In this document: one piece after another, positions 36,921 through 52,250 of the stretch
Layout of the letters: every line of letters begins with the position of its first letter
How positions within the stretch are numbered: the first letter of the stretch is position 1
Assembly: GCF_036588685.1 (NCBI RefSeq)
Contig: NC_086378.1
Span: 55,986,001 to 56,050,000, forward strand
DNA: 64,000 nt
From: Mytilus trossulus
Taxonomy: Eukaryota
Direction: 5' to 3'
The notes under the pieces: model-generated
What the model was told of the DNA's origin: nothing
Seen by the model: only the letters and a program-made list of their open reading frames with translations
Database searches by the model: none
Made by a program: the position numbers and the translations under genes

Positions 36921-38588
36921 ACTCAAACTCAACTGTATAAACTGTATAATTTGCTAATAAACTAGTATTCTAAATTGAGATGTTTGGAAATAAGAGATGC
37001 ATAAAGAGATATTTGTGTATTAGTCTTTCTTGAATTGTCAAACTATATACAATAGAAGAATATGTTGTTTTGTCACAAATATTAGGCTATAAAAAAGCAT
37101 TTCAGAAATTGCCAGAGGTTGTTTGAAATAACTGTTAGTTTACAGTATAGCCAATTAATCCTAAAAAAATACAATTATAAAAGATGTCTTCATATATAAA
37201 AATTGGTCAAATCGTAAACTATTTTAAATATTGTGCTTGTCACTTGTTATGGATAATTTCAGTCAGGTGAATTGAGTTATCTCTCTTTGCCTTAAGATTT
37301 GAATGAAATCTATATGCATTTTTTGTTTACATTTTGTTATGTTTTATCTCGGATTGCAGCAATATATAGTCTCAACAACAGTCGTTGGTAATCGTAATAA
37401 ATAAATTGTATGATTGCAAAAAGGCGTGATTATGAGTGCAACAATTTACTTATTATGAAATGCTTTTGCTCTTTCTTGGAAATAATATCGGGTCAAATAA
37501 TTTTGGACAGTCTACGTATCACAAATATGTTGTATATATGATATTCGATACGCGGTACTACCGAGCGATACTCGATTATAATTTGATTGCCATAGTTATA
37601 TCTATGATGATATACCGGGTAACATGAGTATCGTGGAAATACAATAAATACCACCTATTTATTTTTCTTATTTCATTTTTTTTTATTTTTAACAGTATTT
37701 TTGGCAGGTTTTTTTTGTTGTTGTCTAAATGAAGAGACACATATTTCTTTTCGGCGCTTTGTTTTTGTAGATGTAACCATACTTAGTAAACTATATAAGT
37801 TAATTCAAATTCATATTGAGTAATAAAAAAACATGTTTAGAACAACTTGATGACAGTCCGTATAAAAAAGAAGATGTGGAATGATTGCCAATAAGATAAA
37901 TCACAACAGGAGATCAAATGACACATACAAAAACAGCTATGGGTCATGCTTACTATAATACATCGATTTGAATGCATGTTATTCCACTCGAACAAGGTAC
38001 TTTGTCGGCTAAACAAAAAAAAAGGAACACGGTTCTAATGGGACACCATCACTTGACCTAAATAGATAAGGTTATATTAATAGTTAAAAAGTTAACAATT
38101 TTGCAGTATAATTTAACGCACAACAATAGTCGTATACTTTAGGAAAAATCGGCAAAAATAAACATGACGATGTCGAGTTGACTTTTATGAAAGATTAAGA
38201 ATTCATGTATCAAAAATATCCAAGAGAAAACGTAATTAGGGAGTTATAAAGGAAAGTGCTTCTATATTTATACGGACGCATATTAATTTTGGTTCACTTT
38301 TATGGAATATCTGTGTCAAAGATGACGACGATACATTATTTTTGTTGAGTTAGTTATTTATTGTAATTTTGACTTGGATGAGGAGTTTTCTCATGACCCT
38401 CATACTACATCTTCTTTTATCTATACATCAATGTACAATATAAATCCTGGTCTATTTACTTTTAAATAAGAAGACAGCATAACTAATGGAACAGAATAGA
38501 GAAAAGTAATGATCATGCTGTAGTTGTCAGTCTTTAACCGGTAAAGTTTTTGTAGGGGTAAGTTGGCATTCTAACAATTTTGATCTAA

Positions 38589-38632
38589 GCGTCACTGATG
38601 AGTATCATTTGGACGAAACGCGCTTCTGACGT
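38589..38632 (+). ncRNA. Minimal type I hammerhead ribozyme motif, partly degenerate
   Basis: gcgtca-CTGATGA-gtatcatttggac-GAAA-cgcgct-TC-tgacgt. Stem II is weakened and the stem III palindrome is broken. Confidence 0.55.
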
Positions 38633-41600
38633 ATCACATTATAAGCTTTACACCTTTGATAACTATTAAGAAATATTATGTGTACAATGCATGTTCCATT
38701 TTTTTTTTTTTATTTTGTTCATGGTTTTGTCAGGGTATTTTTTGTTTTTTTTGGGAGATGGATTTTTTCTATGATGCATCATTACTTTACATATTGTTTT
38801 TCCAATACCAGAGTTAGATACCTGACTTTGAACTATAGCAAAATTTTAGAAATTTACCGGTGACGTCACTTTTGTAGCATATCAAGTCGATGACAACGCA
38901 TGGTTCTTTTGTGCTGTTTTATGTGCTGTCTTATTTTGTTTTACGTTGTATTGGTTTTTTACTCGTTGTAAGTCATCGCATAGGTGTTGACATAAACATC
39001 AATTATATGGTATTTTTTTATAAATTTACTAAATTATTCTAAATACTAAGGATTTTCTTATCCCAGGCATAGATAACTTAAGCCGTATTTGAGACAACTT
39101 TTTAGAATCTTGGGTCATCAATGCTCTTCAACTTTGTACTTGTATGCCTTGTTTTACTATTTTGATCTGAGAGTCTCTGATGTGTCTTATTTAGACGAAA
39201 AACACGTAGGGTGATTATAAGCCTGATACCTCTGATAACTATAAGAATGTCGAAATGTCCTTTTGTCGTGTTTATTTTTGTACATATCTGTCCTGAATGT
39301 TCTTGCATTTATTTGTACTGTAGTCCTGTCTTGTAATGTTGTAATTTTATTGTTATATTTAAGATTGCCATACAAGCGCGAGTTTTGGATAGCTGTGACA
39401 CCAGTTTCAACCCACCATTTTTTTTATGTGGTATGAATGCCAATATAAACTACATTAGACTACAAATGTCCTGTACCAAGTCAGGAAAATGTCAGTCGTC
39501 ATCTTATAGTTCTTGTCTGTGAACCTAAAATAGCAAATCTAAAATTCTTCAAATAGGAGGGACAACGGTCTAATCCTTATTAAAATAAATCGTGAATAAT
39601 ATCGAGAAACACCAACAGAAACCACTTTAACAACCGACAACTGCTGAACAACAGGTTCCTTGTTTAGTAATATTGAATATCAGTATAGCATTAACACAAA
39701 ATGCCAACAATTTTAGAAATGCTGAGCTATAACCAAAATTTTTATAGATGATCGTACGATCATCATAAACAGAAAGCCTGTCTGAAATTATTTCCATACA
39801 ATTATTATTCTATGACAACGATCTGCCCATATAACTTGCAACAGTTCCATGCCTACTCTAGTTTCATTCATGATTTCATTTCAATAGAATGCCTACTGAT
39901 TTAAGAATGTAGAAAAACATTGGCAGAAGACAAACGATATATAAAACCGATGTTTTGTAATAAAATATTGTTAGAAAATATTATGACTATGAATGATTAC
40001 TTTTATGAATGAATTTTATTTGTTCGCCGAATAATAATCCAACTATAAAACATAGTGCAATTTTTACTACACATGAATTCAAACCAAATAAACGTCACAA
40101 TATTTCTCCTACATTGTAATTTAATTTCTGGTCAATTAAATTCCAATACCAGCAAACAATACCACATAAATAGTAAACTTGTAAGTTTGACTAAACTAAT
40201 TTTACAACTCCCTCAAGCAAAGTGACTTTTAGTTTTGGTGAATATGATTTATATTTAAGTTATATTTAGCTTTGAATAAGCTATTAGTTACAGTTTGTGT
40301 GAGTAATCTGATGTCGTAGTTTGTTTCTTGTTTTTATGTTAGTTGCTTTGTTGTGCTTTGAACCAGTCTATTGAGACAAAGAACTGATTTTTATAGTTCA
40401 TTCTTATGTTGTGCTTTGTATTCTTTCATTTGTATATGCTGTATTTTATGTTACATAATGATGTCATTTTAGCGTTATTGTATTTAACATTGCCATATAA
40501 GAGAGGTTTGGATAGCCATAAAACCAGGTGCAACCACCATTTGTCCTGAAAATGTCCTGTACTAAATCAGGGATATGGCAGTTTTTATTAAATAGTTTGT
40601 TTCTATGTATTGTTTTGGCGTTTGTTTTTGTTGCACATCGGTGTTTCTGTTGTCGCGGTTTTTTTTTTTAAAGTTGATGTGTTTCTCGCAATCGATTTAT
40701 TGCTTTTGAACAATAGTATATTACTATACTGAATCAAGAAAATAGGCTAGGGGTAAAAGGTTCCAGTTTAATGTTAGAAGTTTCAACGAATCTTGGATAA
40801 TTATAATTGACAAGACAATAAATGATTATTTTCTGTTAAGTTTATTACAATGCAATGCAAGTTCCTGTTATGGATACAAAATATTCAGATAAACGTCTTG
40901 GACTTATATTTTTCAGGAAATGATTATGAAACAGATACACATCATAATCCATGAAATTACAAATTCAATATTCAAAAGATAAAACATAAAAAATCTACAT
41001 ATTAAATTAAGGTCTTTGAAATCTTTAAAGGGATAGTTTGCATCTTACAAACAAGTATCTTCTTGATCTTAAATGCAATACGAATTCCATAGAGTGTTCA
41101 TTATTCCACACAAATAACAAACACATTGAGCCTTGAAACTAATATAAAGCAGACAGTCACATTATAACACATCTTTTGGAATTACGTTTGTAAATTAATC
41201 TTCTTTCTAAAATTTCATTATTCATATTCATAAAGTACATTGAAGTAACATTAGTTTATGAGTGATAAAAGAACAATATGGTATCTGATAGTAACTTCTA
41301 AAAGAGTCAATAATCTATTCTAATTGATATTAAAATAAGATAGCATGCCTCAGAAGGATCCAAATAAGCGGAAACGGATATATCCAAAAATGATGACACA
41401 TACATCATACCATAATTGACAGTTGCAAATGTGTGATATTTGTTGTTTCCTGTTTATGGTATTAATTATATAAATCGTTTATTTTGTTTTGTAAATAATA
41501 TTGTACTAAACTATCACAAAAAACATGATGACTCTCTTTTTGTAATCATACTTCACAAGAAAAAAGAAAAATCACATAAAAAAAACTTAACTCAAACGAA

Positions 41601-42607
41601 AATTCAAAACGGAAAATCCGTAAACAAATGGCAAAATCAAAAGCTTTAACACATCAAAATAACACGACAAATATTCCTACTTAAACCGTAAATTGTCATT
41701 ATTTTTTTTATTCCAAGAAGGTGCATACATAAACGATGAGTTGCTTTACAGCATAATAAGCTTTTTCCAGTTTCTTTTAAGAAAATAAACAGATAAAAGT
41801 AACCGGAAAGCTAAAAATCACAAGTCATTTTAAGAAATAATTTTACAAGAAATGTGTTTTTAATTAGAAATTTATCTCTTTAGATCAGTGACAATCGCGT
41901 TTATCGAATCCAATAGATACACATAACTTAAGTACGCCATGCAATGTCTGGTTTGAATATAAGTTTTAATATCAAACAGAAAAGAACAGAAAAACAATTA
42001 CAAACTTCCAGTACAACTTCATTACTCTTCAAGGACATATCTACATAATTATTTAAATGTCATAAAGTCACATGGATTTTTATGACAATCCTACGTATTT
42101 GTGTCTGAAAGCACAATATCTGAAAGTTTATAGGATATAGGAGAAGATTTTCTATGCTTAAGGATTGTTTAAACAAGTATTTATATTTGGTGTTGCCAAC
42201 CTCTTTCTGCACATGTCATAATCAGAAAATGATATATATATAACCTATTATTTTTTAGATTCTATAGCAGACTCAAATTTCAGAATGTTTTGCAAACAAT
42301 TAAATATATTGTTGTCTTTATTCTTTTATACTTATTTTTTTTAAACACTGCGTGTATGCAAAATCCAATTCTAGAAGAAACGTTTTAATAAAATTTAAAC
42401 ATTATTTGGTATGTATATTTTCGACAGAACACAATCATCTTATAAGGCCTTTCTTGGTCTTGGTTCCCTGGCGATTTAAGATAACATATAATGCCCTGAA
42501 AACTCGAACGTTGAATGATTTTAGTTTTTTCGTGTGTGTTTCTGTGTTTTGAAATACTTTTGATTCTTTCCGATTATATCAGCTCTTTTACATTTCTATT
42601 CAATTTT

Positions 42608-42748
42608 TTTTTTTTTTTTTTTAAGACATATAAACGTTTTATTTCTAAATATTTCCTGTGAACAATTACCTTAGTCGTCCAGGATCAGGCTAAGGGTTCC
42701 TGTTTACAAAAAGAAACCATCTATCCAGTGGAAATAGAAGGGTTTCAA
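42608..42748 (-). mobile_element. Short polyadenylated retro-insertion with TSD
   Basis: T19 at 42604-42622 and AATAAA on the - strand at 42638-42643. Direct repeat ttctattcaatttt at 42594-42607 and 42749-42762. Confidence 0.8.
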
Positions 42749-45735
42749 TTCTATTCAATTTTGATTAATAAATATTTTGTTCATTAAAGAACCATTTTGT
42801 GTACAATTTCACATCTTGTGATATAAACTGTATCCGTTTGCAAAAGTGCCTATTAGTTAACATACATTTAAATTGTTTGAAAAAAAAGTTATAATATCTT
42901 ATCTTAATATCATAATTACCCTGTAATAATGCCTTTTTGGTTGCAATAATCACTGTTTTTGGTTTGTTCATATAATCTTTTCTCTAGTTAGTTGGCTAAT
43001 AAATATAGATGGATCGGAGTCAGATGTGAACTGACACGATAAAAAAATCTGGCTCAGGGTTTACAAATAAATGTTTGTGCTGGATGTTTTTAAAAGTAGC
43101 CGCTCATCATTACTATCATCCAGCTTTTCTATAAATCTGGATTGCTGACTCAATGAAGCTTCTCCCAATTCTCTTTTACGTCATATTTAATTGTTCTTTA
43201 TGGAATATATCAATTGCCCTAAATACAATTAGACATGATAATATATGAGCTATATAGTAAAGAATGCTACCACTTTTTTTATTATGTAATATGGCGATAA
43301 TCGTGTAGGGAAAGAATGAACGCAATGACATCATCCAACAATATACGAGAGTGTTATTTAATGTTCAAGATAATAAAATACGAATAAATATTTTATTGAA
43401 ATAAAATTAATTCCATGAAATGTAGAAAATAAAAAGGAAGGTGTTACATAAAAAGCAAAATGATACTGTGTATACGTTGTGACAAATTCTTCTCTGTCTA
43501 TGGAATAAAATGAATCGACATGGCGAGTATCTGTATCTTTACCAGAAATAAAACATGTACACACAGACTTATAAAACGTAAGAACAAAGTAAGCACCTGA
43601 TTAAAGTCACAGAGGCATACTATGTCGGCTTCAAATTCATCATTTTAACCCAAATGTATAATTAACTCGTCTATCTGTTAATGGACATCTTGAAAAAAGA
43701 ACACATACACTTGATTAATCAATGCGACTTAAATACATGTTGCATTAGTCTACTAATATGAAAAAATGGATGAGAAATTAAGGGTCTGCACTACGGTGAA
43801 TTTTCAACGAACATTTGCATACAAGTATTTGTCACTTGTTTTGTTCAAATCGTTAACCAACACTCTTTGGTACTTAAAGAGATAAATGCGATAGAAAAAA
43901 ATAACATTTACCTAAAATTTCAGTTTCTTGGACATACATACATTCTTCTTTTTTCTTTAAAAAGATAAACTAGCGAATTTTTGTAAAACTATTTGGAATA
44001 TCTTGAAAGTGTGCTCTAGTTATGTGTTTCAACTATTTGAAGAAAATTATATTTATTAAATGATTATTTTTATAAAACACGGCGTTTCCAGCTGTTTATT
44101 AATCGAATTTCATCGGTGATTTTTTGCATAAAATGAATCTCTACTCCATTGTTAATTTTTTAAATGAACGTTCGGCCAACTCGTTTTGACCTTATGATTA
44201 AATCAGTTAAAAAAAAAAATCGATATTGTACAATTTGGCGTCGCGATAAAAACAGATTTTACGTTGATTAAGGCACGATCTCTCCTGTTCATGTATAGTA
44301 TGCGCTAAGCAATCACCATGCATTAGTCGCTTAAAAAAGGATTTTATGTTGATCGTTTACAAAATCATGACTAAAACTTGAATATGAATTCGAAGAACGC
44401 GCCTTTCACATCAAGTCTATAACAATTAATAGATTTACTAAATCAAATTAAGTTGAGATATGACAAACTTTTTAAACTAAAAACATGATTGATTATTTGA
44501 AAAAAAATCAAAGTTACTTTTCTAATTTTTTTTTATTCTATTACATGTGAATGAATTAACACAGTTATAATACATATTCAATGTAGAACGTTTACTTTTA
44601 TCTATTATGCTATTAACTGTTAGTTATACTTATTTGTTTAATACCAAATTTAATTAAATGATGTGAGCATATCAACCATTATACGGATAAATCAACATGT
44701 GCAATACTGATGTAGCTTCCCATCCGATATAAACCAATAGTTAATATTGCTTTTCGGACATGTCTAATACGACGAGCCGTATTGTCTCATGGCTACAACA
44801 CTTTTTCACTACTAGTTATAAATTTCGTTTGACTAAGCTTACATTTCTTGAATGTTTCGTTATGCATAACCTACATTTATATCCTATATTTCTAACTGAA
44901 TATTACATAAAACGGTTTCAGTGTTTTGTAACTACCTAAAACATAAATATCTAAAAGCCTATTCGAGTACAACTTTCGATTATTATCACTGTTTCATTAA
45001 TAATCAGAGCGCAGACGATCCAAGAGTAAGAACAGTTAAAGTGTCTATTTATTCTTCCCACCTACTTAGTAAGTGTGAGATAAAATGTATTATACTTACA
45101 CAAGATTAAATACTTGTACGAGTATCAGAACTAAAATGGAACACAAGTGATGCACAAATAAGTAAATATGAATCGTAGTGTTATTTCTATATTGATCATG
45201 ATTTTACTCTTGATAAAAACTGAAAACACGGTTTATTATAAGATTTAATTACACAATTTACATGCCAGAATCAACATTGCAGAATCTACGGCAAAGTAGG
45301 AACCCTGCTTCAATAGCTTCATCGCTAGCAAATGCCATCTTTTAAAATAGAGTTCAAAAAGAACCGCAACCCTGCGGTACCTAATCAACCATGTGATTTA
45401 ACCTCATACAAAATCAACATACTCTCACTGTGAGTAAATATAAGAGTAATGTTTTCGTTTTGAATACAGTGGGATAGGTGCGATCTCTACCATGGAATTT
45501 TCAGGTAAAGATTTCATCTATAAATAGGAAAATTATTTTCGAAAGTACATGTAGAATCTGAAAAAGTCTTGCTAAAAGAATAAGGAATGAATGAAGGCGA
45601 CAGTGATTAACTGTGGTAGCCGGTTAGGGGCATTTCAGATTTTCTCGTATTTATGTTTTCGCTGTTTGCGTTTTCGACTTGACGTCTTCTAGTTTTTGAA
45701 TTCGCGATTTCGCGTTTTCGCACTTTAGAATATAC

Positions 45736-45855
45736 CGGGGTTGATTTCAATATCGTAGCAGCTACGTAGTGCTACGTATATTTTGACTATTGAACGTGTG
45801 CTACATAGATATTGATAGCAGCTACGTAGCCTTTACGATATTGAACTCAACCCAG
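45736..45855. mobile_element. ~120-bp palindromic mini-MITE
   Basis: gggttgatttcaatatcgtagcagctacgtag ... ctacgtagcctttacgatattgaactcaaccc (imperfect ~33-bp TIR). Confidence 0.7.
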
Positions 45856-47564
45856 TTATCATGATTTACCTATGTTTAAATCTCGATTAAGAAGAAATAA
45901 ATCAAGGTAATCAGAAATACATTTTTGTATAAAAAGCTCTGTTTAAGAAGACGATTTTATCGATCTCTTCTATGCATGGGGAAAACTAGTGTAAATCGTA
46001 GATAAATGAAAAGTTTTGACATCATTTCTAAAAGAAATGTAAAGATTGTGTTTAAAGATGTTTTAGTAGATCTTAGGCCAGATGATTATGACGTCTAGAA
46101 AGACTTTTTATTTATTTTTTTAACGCCTTCCTACTGCATTTTTATTTTAACTTTTGCTGTGACGCCTTTCAACAACAAAGGGATCAACACAAAAACAAAA
46201 TAGCCTTTCAAGACGTCATACTTATTCGAACTTAGTATATCTTGTGAATTTTTTAAGAACCATATCTTATTATAATTAACACAACTGGTTGATTTTTTTT
46301 CAATACAGTTTTTCTGAAGGTCATCTTTTAAAGAAGAAAAATAATATGATATCTTTGAAAAGCTGTTTAATCGAATGTCTTGACGACTTCAAACTAGTTA
46401 CGAGGGATATTTTACGTACTCAGTATACATATGGTAGATTGTCATCGCCCTTTTTATTTGAATAGAAAAAGAGAGCTAGACGGGTTTTCGATTTTCTGAT
46501 AACCCCTTCCTTAATGAATAAGGGAGATATATATGTAGGTTCAATGGTTTGCAGTTAATGCTAAATTCTTTTTGTTTTGCGTTTGAAAAAAAATATTGTA
46601 TAAGGCCTTGTCTGCTTGGACCAATTATATGTGTAGCGATGGCAGGATACTGCGCTTATATATATAATTATTAAGAAGCTTGGGAAACCCATGTGCTTAT
46701 GGTACTCTGATTTTGAATGCGCTTCTAAATGCATGACTGTGCATCTTTGTTCCATTCGGATTATTTTCTTATTTTGGTTCATTTGACTTGCGCGTTACAT
46801 ATTTTACTGATTTATAATTTATAATGGAAAAATAACAACAGACTACAAGCAGTTAACTGACATGCCAGCTACAGACTCCAATTAAACTGATTGAAAGATA
46901 ATGTCTTCATGATCTGAATATCAGGCACAATCCTTACCGTTAGCGGTTTAGTATCATACCATCATGCAAACAACTGTTTTTTTTTTTTAAATAAATGTGT
47001 TTAGTTCCGATGCAAAGACCTTATAAGAGAATCAATATTATCGCCAACATATGCGGCATTTTTTAATGTTCCTTTAGGTCTTACGATAAACCACTATTTG
47101 ATAGATTGTTAGGGGGAATATTTCAAAGTGCAAGAACTCAAACAAAATTCTAATTAACATTTCGTAGAAATGCAGATTTAAAATCATCAGAGGTTCCAAC
47201 CACCCTTAGTCTAAATAACAAATACCAACAATGGAACGTTTGCAAAGTTATACACTTTTAATATCCACTTGCAAAGACTGTCGTCAAGGATTTTAAGTAA
47301 ACACCACAAGCTATTCACGCACAAACTATGTTGTATCATTCCTTGGTAAATTATTTCACTTAACCCGTATATTTTGCTTTAGAACTGTGAGTTTTTGAAT
47401 GTCATTACATCAGCCAATAGGTATACAAATAATAGAATAACAAGCGCGATGAAGTTCTCTTATAAAAAGTTCAATTACTCTTGTCTAGTTTAAACTTGAT
47501 ATCAGCCTCAATTGATGGTTTGCAAACCTGTTTTTGGCGAATTTTACTTGACAAAGTAAATATC

Positions 47565-50500
47565 ACGGGTTCAAAAAGTTTATTGTAATTAAAGATCATA
47601 ACTATTGCAACCAACCTGTACTTTGGCAAATATTTATCAATAATAAAAGTGTTGTTAGTCTAAAAAAAAAAGTAAGCTAAAATTTGAGATGGTATGGAAA
47701 AAAAATTATAACTTCACTCCCATGCGTCAAAAGCAAGTAATACATAATTCGTATTAGTTAATTTTACTTCACATTGGACTAGAATCACACCTTCATCATA
47801 AGATTTGTATCTGTGACAGTGTCCTTGAGTGTTGCTGATCAATATGTCATCAATACTTTTAGAATTTAGCGAATTTTATATCATACTTATAATAAAAATT
47901 ATTCCAATGTTTTACCTGTAACTAAGTTGGCAAGAGGATAAACAAAGGTAAGTTCCCCTAGAAATGCCGACTGTCTATTGGTATATGACTACCAAAGGGG
48001 ACAAATATGCTACATGATGTGACGTTCTATGATTTGGTGGTATTACACCTAAAGAAGATATGTTTCTGGAATAAACTGAATGTTACTTTTCCCTTTGTAA
48101 AACTGGTGATTTCAAGCATTTCTGTCAAGTTCTGTTATGATCAGTTCAATAGTTAAAGGTAAGACGACATCTAAAGAGATTCGAGGAAAAATTCTTCAAC
48201 AAATATAAACCAAGCCGGATCATGATAGAATATAGTGTGGACCAATAAATGATTAAATATCTATCTCATCTGCTTACAAACAGTTGAAAATGATCCAAAA
48301 GATGACTTTAGGATGATTCATTCCACTAATTGACCCTTTTTTCTTCTTTATGAGGTCGACGTCTCTTTTGGTCTATTTATATCTCTCATTTCCTAAATAT
48401 TTCATCTTTTCAGGCCAATAAATAAAATTTAAAGGTTAACTTTCACTCATTTATGATAGAAATGCCGCTTTTTTGCGACTGTCCCAGGTCAGGAGCCTCG
48501 GACCTTTGTTAGTTCTTTTTTTAATTTTAGTTTTTTATATATAATTCGGAGTTTAGTATGACGTTCATTATCACTGAACTATTATACATATTTTTGTAGG
48601 GGCCAGCTGAAGGACACCTCCGTGTCGGGATTTTCTTGCTGCATTGAAGACCCGTGTGTGGCCTTCGGCTGTTTTTTTATCTATGGTCGGGTTGTCATCT
48701 CTTTGACACATTCCCCATTTCCATTCTCAATTTTATAATAGATGAGTAGTTGAAGTATTCAAGCACAATGAACAATCCATATAAAGGTTATCTGTCTCAA
48801 ATGCAAGGAGGTTTCAATATGTCTCGGTCAAACATATTGTATTGTCCAAAAACATTAAGAATAGGATTAGACACACGTTTTGCACTTTAGAACGTCTTCT
48901 CCATTACATACAAATAATAAATAATCGAACAAAATTGATATAAATTATAATAACCTCATAAACAATATAAATATGAATACATGAAATTAACAAGAATTAA
49001 AAAAAAACAATATGTCATTAGGAAAAACTTATATTTACGCCGCGTTCAAGAGAGATAAAAATATCCTTTTGTATTGAATAATTTGTTGTTACTGCTTTTA
49101 AAGTAGTTTAATTTATTTATACATGTAATTATATATTTATTAAACTATTTCTTAGGGAAAAAATCTATTATAGTTAAATATAAGAAATTGTGAGAAGAAG
49201 CTCCCAAAAGCAGTGCGTATGGCTAGTTTCGTCAACAAATATTCATGGTAGAACCCCATTTTAAGGAAATGTTCTCATAAAATGTGTTTTTCTAGTCTCA
49301 ATCCACTCAGAATATTTCATGTTTGTTATCTTTCACTTAAAAAGCAAGCAATTTTAACACCGTAGGGTACTCACAGGGTCATGTTGCGTGTACAGCTTCC
49401 CATATTAGGTGTTATACACCGTACCACCAATGATTTCCCTTATTAGTCTTTGTAAAATTTGCACTTTCAAATTAATTTGCAGGTTTTATCTTTGTTTTAA
49501 ATAAAGAAAAACTGGGCGTGAGTAAAGTTTTATCCCGTTTAGTACTATAGAAAATAATTCACATAACATTTCTTTCAATATAAGAAAAAGAACATCACTG
49601 GAAGTCAACCAATCAAATTTCCCATTTATTTAACCTATGTTCAAGCTTTTAGTAACCATGTTACCTCAAGTTTCCAAAACATTCTATAGAAACCCCCAAT
49701 AAAAACAAATGGTGTTTGGAAATACCTAAGTTATATGTTTATAATCAATAAATGCTACACTTAATAAAAATGAAGGATTAATTACTTACAACTGTCAAAC
49801 TCAAGGGAATATTTATTTTCGACCTATTTTCGAATTTAACAGATTGTGACGTACCAAGATTTGATGGTATAACACCATAATTAGTATCAATTTTCATAGT
49901 GTTGCTAGTCCTAAAAAATTGTGATTTGAGCTTTGATAATAGTATGGAAAACAATTTAGTGTGAACACATACAATTCCCGAAGGTTTATAAACAGAAGAT
50001 TACAAACCATCTATGAACATGACGTGAACTGTAGAAGAAGTATGTTTTTTCGATGACCTTCACTTCTCATGCGTTAATAGGAAGTGATAAATAATTCTTG
50101 TTAGTTGATATCACTTCACCTTGGACTAGAATCATACCTTCACCATAACATTTGTCGTTGTATGCTTTGGAAGTTGTTGCTGAGCAAAATATGATAAATA
50201 AGTCTAGAATTTAGAGAATTTCAAATTATACTTGCACTAATTCGAATGTGTTAGCTATAATCAGTCGGCAAGAGGATAAACATAAATAAGTTTCCCTAGA
50301 AATGAAAACTGTAAACTGTTAATATGCGTACCAACCATGAAAATTATATTTTCAATAAAAATTCATAAAGAAACATCCTCAGATCCCGAAATACGACTTA
50401 TCACCAAAAAATAACTTTAAATGAAGACAACAAATCAAGAACAATACCACTAGTATAACAGTAACCGATTTCCCTTCCATAGTGCCAGAGTCTAGTACAT

Positions 50501-52250
50501 TTTGTCGTTTTCGTGTTGCTCAGCCTTTTTTGCTATATATATATAGGCTGTGCTTGTAGACTTTTTTATTTGAATATCTTTTTTTCAATTTCAACTTATT
50601 TTTGAAATTCGATCTTGGTATTGTATCCACTCTTCGGGTTACATTCTATATTTACGGTATTTTTTACAATTTGTGATTCATTCCTCTGAAGACAACGATT
50701 TGTGTTTTTAATTTAAATTCTGTATGAAACAAATGATGAATTTGAACTTTTGATTTTGCAATTTGATTAGGGACTTTCCTTTTTAAATTTTCCTCGGAGT
50801 TCAGAGTTTTTTTGATTTTACTTTTCATCGGGGAAGGATTATGCATTCTCAGTAATTAAAAAAGAAAAGAATGTCCACATTGTAGGTGAAACAAAGGTAA
50901 ATCATTTGATTGACTAATTCGATCCACAAAAAATATTCGTATACTATAAAGGGAACAGTTTCAACAGCAAAGGGAGTTCCTGTGGGAAATTACATTGTCT
51001 ATATTAACAGACATGCAACATAGAAGACAAAATAGTCAACTGAAACACGCCTGAACATAAAAAGGTGTACTCAACTTGTCTTTTCCCATCAAACTTTTGT
51101 CCTTATTAAGTTATTTCAACAAAAACCGCGCTGGCACCAAGATGTAAATTAATGCTTTAACAAAATCACTTATCTTTCTAAATTTTTATTGGCGGATTTT
51201 TGCTAAGGCACAACAAAACTCAATATGTATTTACACCTACCACAATCTTCTGTTTGGTGAAAATTTGTCTATGTTAGAAAAGTGAATAAATATTTTGAAA
51301 ATCCATTTTAGGAATTAGTAACACATATAGCAGAAGCATCGTTAATTATGTACCTACATAAAAGGTTTAAAGCTTATGGAAACCGATATAAAGAATTACA
51401 TATATAGATATAGGGAGATGTGGTATGAGTGTCAATATGACAACTCCATATCCAAGTTACAATTTATAAAAGTAAGCCATATTATAGGTTAAGATACGAC
51501 CTTCAAAACGGAGATTTGGCTCACACCGAACAGCAAGCTTTAAAGGGCCCCAACGAAAACATACGTGTTTCGTAAACTTTGAAAGTAAAGGTCATGGGTT
51601 CAATAAGTCTATTGTAAGTTTAGTTCATAACTATTGCAACCAATCAGCACTTTGCAGAATTTGTATTAATAATTATAGTGTTGATAGACTCAGAAAATTT
51701 TGAGCTGAGCTTTGATAATGGTAAGGAAATCAATCTGGAGTGAATACGATAACAATCCATGCATATACATGACGTGAAATGTAGAAGGAATTTGTTTTTG
51801 ATGACCTTCACTTCTCATGCGTCAAAAGGAAGTGATGAAAATATCGTATTAGTTGATATTACTTCACCTTGGACTAGAATCATATCATCACCATAATATT
51901 TGTCGTTGTATACTTTGGAGATACTTGCTGTGAAAAATAGTATGAATAAGTCTAGAATTTTGCGAATTTCAAATCATACTTCTATTAAAATGTGTTGCAT
52001 TTAATAAAGTTGGCAACATAATTAATATAAGTAAGTTGGTCTTGAAATGCCGACTGTCTGTTGATAATATGCCTACCAAACGTGATAAATAGGCTATCGT
52101 TGTGTATCTCCTCACATCCCGTAATACGACTCTCCACCTAATAATAAATTCTCATGAATAACATGAATGATAACACTTGTAAAAATGAAATCGATTTTCT
52201 TTCCATAGTTGTAGAGTTCAGTTCTTTTTTGGAGGTTTGTGTTGCCCAGT
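47565..52250. repeat. Three diverged local copies of a ~450-650-bp unit (~47565-48010, ~49895-50520, ~51590-52250)
   Basis: Shared cttcact(t/c)ctcatgcgt..., cttcac(c/a)ttggactagaatca..., agaattt..cgaattt and gaaatgccgactgtct blocks. Confidence 0.8.
48470..48735 (+). repeat. Dispersed repeat family ending ...gacacattccccatttccattctcaatttt
   Basis: An inverted copy lies at ~59296-59600 and a partial copy at ~1120-1236. Confidence 0.7.
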
